DNA of 64,000 bases. It comes from Eledone cirrhosa (taxonomy: Eukaryota). Positions 50,951 through 64,000 of the stretch are shown here, piece by piece (positions within the stretch are counted from its first letter, which is position 1; each line of letters opens with the position of its first letter). The translations under genes were made by a program, and so were the position numbers. Under the pieces are notes generated by a model. It did no database searches. It had not been told where the DNA came from and worked only from the letters and a program-made list of their open reading frames with translations. The DNA lies in assembly GCA_964016885.1 (NCBI GenBank), contig OZ024764.1, forward strand, positions 1,736,001 to 1,800,000. The letters are read 5' to 3'.

Positions 50951-50987
50951 ATTTCTATATCAAATATATATATATACACATACATAC

Positions 50988-51445
50988 TAGAAGTTGATGG
51001 AAACCGCGGAGTGGGGAGACCCAAGATGACCTGGGATGAGGTGATAAAAGCCGACCTTACCCAATTACACGTCAAAGGCGACGACACACGACCGTGACCT
51101 CTGGCGTCACGCAGTAATACAGAGTACCCGACCTCCCATGGGTACAAGCTGAAGCATATAGACAATATGCTCCCACACCCCCCACCGCAAGGTGGTCATG
51201 GAGGTGCCACGGCAAAAAAGCACCCAGCCCACACTGTAAAGTGGACGTGTAGGCGCCACGAAAAAGCACCCAGCACTCACTGTAAATGAGGTTGGTGTTA
51301 GGAAGGGCATCCAGCTGTAGAAATCAAGCCAAATCAGTTCCTGTATGAGCAAGGCATGGTCAGCCGACCAGACACTGCCCACAACAGGACAACCCGTCTA
51401 ACCCATGCTAGCGTGGAAGAACGGATGTAAAACGGTGATGATGAT
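50988..51445 (+). mobile_element. RTE 3' fragment with SINE-shared long 3' UTR
   Basis: LEVDGNRGVGRPKMTWDEVIKADL, then two 49-bp-type units and an alternative tail. Confidence 0.85.
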
Positions 51446-51460
51446 ACATACATACATACG

Positions 51461-51495
<35 letters not shown>

Positions 51496-51642
51496 GTATG
51501 TATATAAGTAGAAGTTATATTTAATTTGTTGGAAGTCCGACAAACATAAATGTTTATTACTGATTTAGAGCACTCAACATGTTAATGGAGTAAATATTCA
51601 ATGATATTAAATAAATGGAAACTATATTTATAAAACCATATT

Positions 51643-51707
51643 TATTTTATTATATATATTTCAAGGGCAACCTAGACAACATTGGTGCGCCTTCATCAGA
51701 TAAAATA
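51643..51707 (-). ncRNA. Type I hammerhead ribozyme (F1)
   Basis: TATTTTAT CTGATGA AGGCGCACC..GGTTGCCCTT GAAA TATATA TA^ ATAAAATA. Confidence 0.75.
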
Positions 51708-51760
51708 CATGAAAGTATCTTGGTTAGCTGACCCTCGTTTATATATATATATATACATAC

Positions 51761-51803
<43 letters not shown>

Positions 51804-51805
51804 TA

Positions 51806-51971
51806 TATCAAAATGAAAATCCAAAGGCAAGGTAAAATTCTAATCATTTAATCACGACACATGTTCCAATAAGAGATAGATCGATTGTGAAGCCATGATC
51901 GATTATCACTGATCCTGTGTCGTGATTAAATGATTGGAATTTTACCTTGCCTTCGGATTTTCATTTTGATA
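51806..51971. repeat. Inverted repeat (arms about 55 bp) next to (TA)n
   Basis: ATCAAAATGAAAATCC..CACGACACA versus TGTGTCGTG..GGATTTTCATTTTGAT. Confidence 0.85.
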
Positions 51972-52124
51972 CTTATACTCCGTTTTACATCATCTAGCTG
52001 TTCCCTTGAATGGAATTGGAGATATACAAAAGCGTGGAGAACTTAATATTGCTAACATAAAGTTATTGGACCATTTTACACAACCAATAATGCACCTTAC
52101 TATATATATATATATATATATTAT

Positions 52125-53048
52125 ATCATCATCATCATTTTACGTCCACTTTTCCCTGCTTGCAAGGGTGGGACGGGAACTGATTCTGGCTTGATTTCTA
52201 CAGCTGGATGCCCTTCCTAACACCAACCTCATTTACAGTGAGTGCTGGGTGCTTTTTTGCCGTGGCACCTCCACGACCACTTTACTGTGAGTGGTGGGTG
52301 CTTTTTTGCCGTGGCACCTCCACGACCACTTTACAGTGAGTGCTGGGTGCTTTTTTGTCGTGGCACCTCCACGACTACTTTACTGTGAGTGGTGGGTGCT
52401 TTTTTGCCGTGGCACCTCCACGACCACTTTACAGTGAGTGCTGGGTGCTTTTTGGCCGTGGCACCTCCACGACCACTTTACAGTGGGTGCTGGGTGGTTT
52501 TTTGCCGTGGCACCTCCACGACCACTTTACAGTGGGTGCTGGGTGGTTTTTGGCCGTGGCACCTCCACAACCACTTTACAGTGGGTGCTGGGTGGTTTTT
52601 GGCCATGGCACCTCTACAACCACTTTACAGTGAGTGCTGGGTGCTTTTTTGTCGTGGCACCTCCACAACCACTTTACAGTGAGTGCTGGGTGCTTTTTTG
52701 CCGTGGCACCTCCACAACCACTTTACAGTGAGTGCTGGGTGCTTTTTTGTCGTGGCACCTCCACGACCACTTTACAGTGAGTGCTGGGTGCTTTTTTGTC
52801 GTGGCACCTCCACAACCACTTTACAGTGAGTGCTGGGTGCTTTTTTGCCGTGGCACCTCCACAACCACTTTACAGTGGAATGATAGGGACCCCAGTCCCT
52901 ATCATCTCATTTCTACAGCTGAGTAAACTGGAGCAATGTGAAATAAAGTGTCTTGCTCAAGGAAACAACACATCACCCGGTCTGAGAATTGAACTCATAA
53001 CCTTTCGATTGCAAGGCCAATGCTCTAACCACTAAGCCATGTGCCTCC
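52125..53048 (-). mobile_element. CORE-type SINE with the 49-bp unit expanded 13 times
   Basis: Reverse complement of the SINE; units every 49 bp from 52236 to 52873. Confidence 0.9.
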
Positions 53049-53219
53049 ATATATATATATATATATATTTAGGACCCCGACATCTGAGCTCCGGCCACTC
53101 CAACAGCTAGATCCGAACTATATCTAGCTGTTGAAACAGCCGGAGCTCAGCCGTCGGGGTCCTGACTCTTTTCCTATTACCCACTCTACTACCCTAAGTA
53201 TTGAGTACTCTGGTGTGTT

Positions 53220-55430
<2,211 letters not shown>

Positions 55431-55599
55431 GTGAGTTGATTTTAGGAATAATCAGTCTGACATTTAAGGTTTGTTGTTGTTGCTGCTGTTGTAGTTGTTT
55501 CGTTTTTGCAGTCCTGTGTCTTGTAGTGAAGAAATTTATCTTAACTCTTTTTCCCTACCACCCCACCCTACCATCCCACCATCATACCATCGTTGGGGT

Positions 55600-57570
55600 T
55601 ACTTCTTGTGAAAGAAGCACTGTCCCTTATGGTTTTTTGGAAATAACTTTATAAAATAATCAAGAATTTGGACGGATTTTTGGAACATAACTTAATGAAG
55701 GTTACTTACAGAAGAAATTTGGAAGAATTTAGTAATATAACTTTCTTATTACTAAGCTGGTGCTTGGAACATAACTTAGCAAAGGTTACATACAGAAAAA
55801 TATAAACACTTTAATCCTTTCGTTACCATGTTTCTTGTGAAAGACACTATTGGTGTTTGGAACATAACTTAACAAAGGTTACTTACAGAAAAATATAAAC
55901 ACTTTAATCCTTTCGTTACCATATTTCTTGTGAAAGACACTGTTGGTGTTTGGAACATAACTTAACAAAGGTTACTTACAGAAAAATATAAACACTTTAA
56001 TCCTTTTGTTACCATATTTCTTGTGAAAGACACTGTTGGTGTTTGGAACATAACTTAACAAAGGTTACTTACAGAAAAATATAAACACTTTAATCCTTTT
56101 GTTACCATATTTCTTGTGAAAGACACTGTTGGTGTTTGGAACATAACTTAACAAAGGTTACTTACAGAAAAATATAAACACTTTAATCCTTTCGTTACCA
56201 TATTTCTTGTGAAAGACACTGTTGGTATTTGGAACATAACTTAATAAAGGTTACATACAGAAAAATATAAACACTTTAATCCTTTCGTTACCATATTTCT
56301 TGTGAAAGACACTGTTTGGTGTTTGGAACATAACTTAACAAAGGTTACTTACAGAAAAATATAAACACTTTAATCCTTTCGTCACCATTTTTCTTGTGAA
56401 AGACACTGTCCCGTACAGTTTTTAAATAACTTTAAAAAATAATTAAGAATTTCAATGAATTTATCAAGCTTGTGTTTGGAACATAACTTAACAAAGTTCT
56501 CATTTTCTCTCATATTGGATTAATTTGTATAATAATAAGAATTATAAACAGACCCTCATCTTCTCACCACCACCTCCACCACCACTAAACTGGAATACTT
56601 CCAACGTAAGGAAGAGAAGGAGAAAATGGATATTTTTGGTTTAAACTTTGCCTGGTTCTCTGTTTTGAATGATATCAGTCTATCTTTCGTCTGTTGAGGA
56701 TTTATTTTGGGACTCCTCTGTTTTCTTGGGAAGAATTTGATAGTAATAATAATAATAATAATTGTTTCTACTTTAGGCACAAGGCCAGCAATTTTAGGGG
56801 AAAGGAAAGTCAATTAAATCGGCCCCAGTACATTACTGATACTTTATTTTATTGACTAATAATAATAATAACAATAATATTTTGTGTGTGTGTATATATA
56901 TATATATACATATATGTGTGTGTGTGCAGGTTATTCATAAATAATTTTGTCCCGGTACCCGACAAGAGGCCAGTTTTAAAACAGCCCCTCCTCTATACAG
57001 TGGTGGCCATAACTGGTCCCCAAAACCTAAGGCCACACACACATACATGCTACTTTCCTAACATTTGGTACCAGTAATTCATTGAACCAGCTACACTATA
57101 CTACATATATATATATTTATATATATTTGTTTATTAATGGAACATGTTTCTGTGAGGAAGGTGAGGTGTTTGTATGGCCCTTAACTTTCTTCTGTCCCCC
57201 GGGTCATCGGAAGTGACCCTGCGAAAAAAATAACGAAGAATTTTTTCCAATCCTTCATGTTTTTCATTTAACCCCTTTTCAATACCATATTTTTAATGAA
57301 AGACACTGACTCCTATGGTTTTCGTATAAATTTTGAAAATAATCAAGAATTTGGAGGGATTTCATATTCTTAAGCTGGTGTTTGGAACATAACTTAACAA
57401 AGGTTCTTACATAAAATTATGATGGAAGGTTTTTAGATAAATATAAACACTTTAACCCTTTCATTACCATATTTCTACTGAAAGACACTTTTGGTGTTTG
57501 GAACATAACTTAACAAAGGTTCTTACATAAAATTATGATGGAAGGTTTTGATGTAAATATAAACACTTTA
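55600..57570 (+). repeat. Dispersed AT-rich repeat family; 93-bp array x7 (55760-56410) and further copies at 57268-57570
   Basis: GGAACATAACTT recurs every 93 bp; unit contains TTAATCCTTTCGTTACCATATTTC. Confidence 0.85.
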
Positions 57571-57833
57571 AAATAAACATTTTTTAACATCAGAGGACCT
57601 GGGGAGGTTTCAACACAGTTTCGTATCAAAAACAACAACAACAACAACAGTACTAGCATCATCAACAACAACAACAACAACAGTACTAGCATCATCAACA
57701 ACAACAACAACAACAGTACTAGCATCATCAACAACAACAACAACAACAGTACTAGCATCATCAACAACAACAACAAGAAAACCAATACATACATCATCAT
57801 CATCATCACCATCATCAATTAACATTAATTAAG

Positions 57834-58061
57834 AACGTTAACGACAACAACTGCAACAACGGAGAATATAGGAGCAAAAGGAGACAGGCTGGACAGTGGA
57901 CTTTGGACCTCGGACATTGTCGGACATCGTCGGACAGCCTCGGACATCGATAAGGGTTGGTCCGATGAGAAGATGCCCGGAGATTTACCAAAACTGAGGA
58001 CATCGTACCAGACTCCCAGATACAGCACTCTACCGCGGAAAGCTGTCAGCAAAAAATCCTG
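57834..58061 (+). CDS. Putative coding exon (..ENIGAKGDRLDSGLWTSDIVGHRRTASDIDKGWSDEKMPGDLPKLRTSYQTPRYSTLPRKAVSKKS); product unknown
   Basis: Unique, GC-richer, stop-free 228 nt; donor TG|GTAAGG in phase 2; weak acceptor TTAAG| at 57833 also phase 2, or an alternative start at ATG 57973. Confidence 0.6.
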
Positions 58062-58092
58062 GTAAGGACCACCATATCTTCTTTGATGCTTT

Positions 58093-59512
58093 TACTGGGG
58101 TTGGTCATAGGACTGTGGCCATGCTGGGGCCTTACTGGGGTTGGTCATAGGACTGTGGCCATGCTGGGACTCTGCCTTTCACTGGTCTTGGTCATAGGAC
58201 TGAGGCCATGCTGGGACTCTGCCTTTCACTGGTCTTGGTCATAGGACTGAGGCCATGCTGGGGCCTTACTGGTGTTGGTCATAGGACTGTGGCCATGCTG
58301 GGACTCTGCCTTTCACTGGTCTTGGTCATAGGACTGAGGCCATGCTGGGACTCTGCCTTTCACTGGTCTTGGTCATAGGACTGAGGCCATGCTGGGGCCT
58401 TACTGGTGTTGGTCATAGGACTGAGGCCATGCTGGGGCCTTACTGGTGTTGGTCATAGGACTGAGGCCATGCTGGGGCCTTACTGGTGTTGGTCATAGGA
58501 CTGAGGCCATGCTGGAACTCTGCCTTTCACTGGTCTTGGTCATAGGACTGTGGCCATGCTGGGACTCTGCCTTTCACTGGTCTTGGTCATAGGACTGAGG
58601 CCATGCTGGGACTCTGCCTTTCACTGGTCTTGGTCATAGGACTGAGGCCATGCTGGGGCCTTACTGGTGTTGGTCATAGGACTGAGGCCATGCTGGGGCC
58701 TTACTGGTGTTGGTCATAGGACTGAGGCCATGCTGGGGCCTTACTGGTGTTGGTCATAGGACTGAGGCCATGCTGGGACTCTGCCTTTCACTGGTCTTGG
58801 TCATAGGACTGTGGCCATGCTGGGACTCTGCCTTTCACTGGTCTTGGTCATAGGACTGAGGCCATGCTGGGACTCTGCCTTTCACTGGTCTTGGTCATAG
58901 GACTGAGGCCATGCTGGGGCCTTACTGGTGTTGGTCATAGGACTGAGGCCATGCTGGGGCCTTACTGGTGTTGGTCATAGGACTGAGGCCATGCTGGGAC
59001 TCTGCCTTTCACTGGTCTTGGTCATAGGACTGTGGCCATGCTGGGACTCTGCCTTTCACTGGTCTTGGTCATAGGACTGAGGCCATGCTGGGACTCTGCC
59101 TTTCACTGGTCTTGGTCATAGGACTGAGGCCATGCTGGGGCCTTACTGGTGTTGGTCATAGGACTGAGGCCATGCTGGGGCCTTACTGGTGTTGGTCATA
59201 GGACTGTGGCCATGCTGGGGCCTTACTGGTGTTGGTCATAGGACTGAGGCCATGCTGGGGCCTTGCTGGTGTTGGTCATAGGACTGTGGCCATGCTGGGG
59301 CCTTACTGGTGTTGGTCATAGGACTGAGGCCATGCTGGGGCCTTACTGGTGTTGGTCATAGGACTGAGGCCATGCTGGGGCCTTACTGGTCTTGGTCATA
59401 GGACTGGCCATGCTGGGGCCTTACTGGTGTTAGTCATAGGACTGTGGCCATGCTGGGACTCTGCCTTTTACTGGTCTTGGTCATAGGACTGTGGCCATGC
59501 TGGGACTCTGGC
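58093..59512. repeat. Minisatellite of interspersed 40-bp and 47-bp units
   Basis: Shared core TTGGTCATAGGACTG(A/T)GGCCATGCTGGG. Confidence 0.95.
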
Positions 59513-59861
59513 TTTTTAGACTAGACATAATTTTAAAATGTTGTCCAAATAAATTGACGATTGCCACTGACGTATGCAAGAAAGTTAACCAGGAATGTTT
59601 AAAAATCTCCCCACGAAAGTTAACAAAGAACTCCCGAGATCTACCAAACCAAATTGTAAAATTATATAATTATAAAATTAAATTAAATAGTTTAGAACTA
59701 CAAGTAAAGTCATTCTTTTCCTTTTTTTTAATATATCTATCTGTACCAAGGTTTTCACACATTTTCCAATACACATATATATACATGTATATAGAAAAAA
59801 GTATGACCCCGACGGCAGAGATCAAGCCGTGTTTCGACGGCTATTTCTGGAGTCCAGAAAT

Positions 59862-60235
59862 GGTAGAGCATTGGGCTTGCAATCGAAAGGTTGTGAGTTC
59901 AATTCTCAGACCGGGTGGTGTGTTGTGCCCTTGAACAAGACACTTTATTTCACATTGCTCCAGTTTACTCAGCTGTAGAAATGAGATGATAGGGACTGGG
60001 GTCCCTATCATTCCACTACAAAGTGGTCATGGAGGTGCCACGGCAAAAAAAGCACCCAGCACTCACTGTAAATGAGGTTGGTGTTAGGAAGGGCATCCAG
60101 CTGTAGAAATCAAGCCAGAATCAGTTCCTGTATGAGCAAGACAAGGTCAGCCGACTGGACACTGCCCACAACAGGACAACCCGTCTAACTCATGTTAGCG
60201 TGGAAGAATGTACGTAAAACGGTGATGATGATGAT
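59862..60235 (+). mobile_element. CORE-type SINE with alternative RTE-type tail
   Basis: Same body; tail GGACAACCCGTCTAAC..CGGTGATGATG. Confidence 0.85.
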
Positions 60236-60386
60236 ATAACATCTGAAACTACTTCACATTTTCTCATTATATATATATATATAATGAGAAAATGTGAAGT
60301 AGTTTCAGATGTTAAAGTCCTTTAATATATATAGGTATACATATATAAATATACATACATATATACAGATAGATAGACATTTATAC

Positions 60387-60424
<38 letters not shown>

Positions 60425-60426
<2 letters not shown>

Positions 60427-60806
60427 GAGGCAAGCATGCTCCGTTGGATGTGCAGTGTAAATGTGCGTGAACGACCCAGCTTAAATGTGTTGAGAGAGAA
60501 ACTGTGTCTGAGAGGGATAGAATGTAGTGTGCGGGAGAGGAGACTGAGGTGGTATGGACATGTGATGCGCATGGAGGATGACCGATGGGTGAAGAAGTGC
60601 CAGGAATTGCCAGTTGAAGGAAGACGTGGTAGAGGTAGACCACGAAAAACATGGGCGGAGGTGGTGAGAACAGACCTCAGATCATTGAAGCTCACGGTGG
60701 AGATGACGAAGGACTGTGACGAGTGGGAGAGATGCTGTGCTGAATAAGACCCGTCCCACCCTTGCAAGCAGGGAAAAGCGGACGTATGATGATGATGATG
60801 ATGATA
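60425..60806 (+). mobile_element. RTE LINE 3' fragment
   Basis: MLRWMCSV..RRLRWYGHVMRM..GRGRPRKTW; tail shared with the SINE. Confidence 0.9.
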
Positions 60807-61501
60807 TATATATATATAATGTATATATATGGTGCTAGTTGATATATCAATTATGTGATATAATTAAATGAATCTAGTTGGTAGGTGATAATTAGGATGT
60901 TGGTAATTATGATGGTGGTGGTGGTGATGCTAGGGATGTTGTTGTTGTTGGTGGTGGTGGTGGTGGTGGTGGTGGTGGTGGTGGTGATACTGTTGTTGGT
61001 GGTGGTGGTGGTCGTGGTGGGGGAAACCATCTGTTTGGAGAGTGTGTTTCAGTGTATAAACTATTTATATATACAACACATGTATATATATTTATATATA
61101 TATACAGGGGTACACAGGTATATATTTATATATATATACAGGGGTACACAGGGGTATATTTTGACATTTATAGACATTTTTATGGACCGCGTCTAATATT
61201 TGCGGTTTTTCACTCTTTGTGGGTGTTCTAGGAATGTAACCCCCATGAGTACTGAGGGGACAACTGTATATATATAGATATAGATATGGTAAAATTCCCA
61301 AAATCCATGGGCGAGTTCTCTCCAGCGGTCTCTGTCCCTCATTATCGCTGCCATGTCCTGCATCTCCCAGAGACCAGTGTCTGTCCTTAGGGCATCAACA
61401 TATGTGAACCTCGGTCTCCCTCTTCTAGTGTGTCCGTGTATATATATATATATATATATATATATTTAGAAGTAGTTCCACAACAGTTAGTTCACCATTA
61501 C

Positions 61502-61540
61502 CGAGAACAATTGTTTCACCTTATGCAGATCATCAGCTCG
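61502..61540 (-). ncRNA. Type I hammerhead (family F6, fold-back element 61468-61775; inverted partial copy at 61642-61677)
   Basis: CGAG CTGATGA TCT GCATAA GGT GAAA CAATTG TT^ CTCG; palindromic stem III. Confidence 0.65.
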
Positions 61541-61803
61541 TTTTAAATGAGATTGTATGGAAAAGGAGAAACAACTGTACGAATACACATGTGCAGAAGA
61601 GGTCACTTCCCACAGGGAAGATAAACCCATGATAAACCTCGCTGATGATCCGAATAAGGTGAAACAATTGTTCTCCGTATGGTGAACCAACTGTTGTAGA
61701 ACTATTTCTACCAAACTCGTCCCGTGGGCTGAGTGCTCTACTACTACGGATATAACCTTCCAGTGTTCTACTATTATATAAATATTTATATTTATATGTA
61801 TAT

Positions 61804-62013
61804 GGAGGCACATGGCTTAGTGGTTAGAGTATTGGCCTTGCAATCGAAAGGTTGTGAGTTCAATTCTCAGACCAGGTGATGTGTTGTTTCCTTGAGCAAG
61901 ACACTTTATTTCACATTGCTCCAGTTTACTCAGCTGTAGAAATGAGATGTTAGGGACTGGGGTCCCTATCATTCCACTGCAAAGTGGTCGTGGAGGTGCC
62001 ACGGCAAAAAAGC
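61804..62013 (+). mobile_element. 3'-truncated CORE-type SINE
   Basis: Head and core present; ends in a TA tract. Confidence 0.85.
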
Positions 62014-62052
<39 letters not shown>

Positions 62053-62459
62053 AACAAGTATATGTATATATATATATATATATAGGAACAAGTAAGACCC
62101 CGACGGCTGAGCTCAAGCCGTTTCGACGGCTAATTCGAAACGGCTTGAGCTCAGCTGTCAGGGTCTTACTTGTTCCTATTACCCACTCTACTACCCTAAG
62201 TATTGAGTACTTTGGTGCGTTATGGTCCACCTGGTTCCTTACCACATTTCCTTCGTTATATATATATATGTATATATATATATGTATATATATATACATA
62301 TATATATATATGGAAGAAATGTGGTAAGGAACCAGGTGGACCATAACGCACCAAAGTACTCAATACTTAGGGTAGTAGAGTGGGTAATAGGAACAAGTAG
62401 GACCCCAGAATTAGCCGTCGAAACGGCTTGAGCTCAGCCGTCGGGGTCCTACTCGTTCC

Positions 62460-64000
<1,541 letters not shown>

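Noticed and set aside
51806-51971. Fold-back resembling the ribozyme elements
   Set aside because: No hammerhead core found on either strand; kept only as an inverted repeat.
60238-60313. Perfect palindrome centred on (TA)n
   Set aside because: Short, with no further features; probably the inverted terminus of a TA-embedded element.

Overview
AT-rich, microsatellite-saturated animal genomic DNA. The SINE/LINE content (CORE-type and Meta-type tRNA SINEs, RTE, CR1, R4-like and Tx1-like LINE fragments) points to a mollusc, probably an octopus (inference). Nearly all ORFs in the supplied track are translations of simple repeats or retroelement fragments. Two short unique segments (33377-33456, 57834-58061) look like phase-compatible exons of an unidentified + strand gene. 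Main discovery: at least five unrelated short families, embedded in (TA)n tracts and mostly fold-back, carry type I hammerhead ribozymes (about 10 motifs). One ribozyme has an unusual branched stem II of about 95 nt, and a sixth family keeps only the 3' half. Five of the six families also share an ACTC..GAGT hairpin downstream of the cleavage site. This fits solo Penelope-like pseudo-LTRs or retrozyme-like elements; no Penelope ORF is in the window. Second theme: many TE copies have an internal segment amplified into a near-perfect tandem array bounded by microhomology. All RNA structures were paired by eye; no folding or database search was run.
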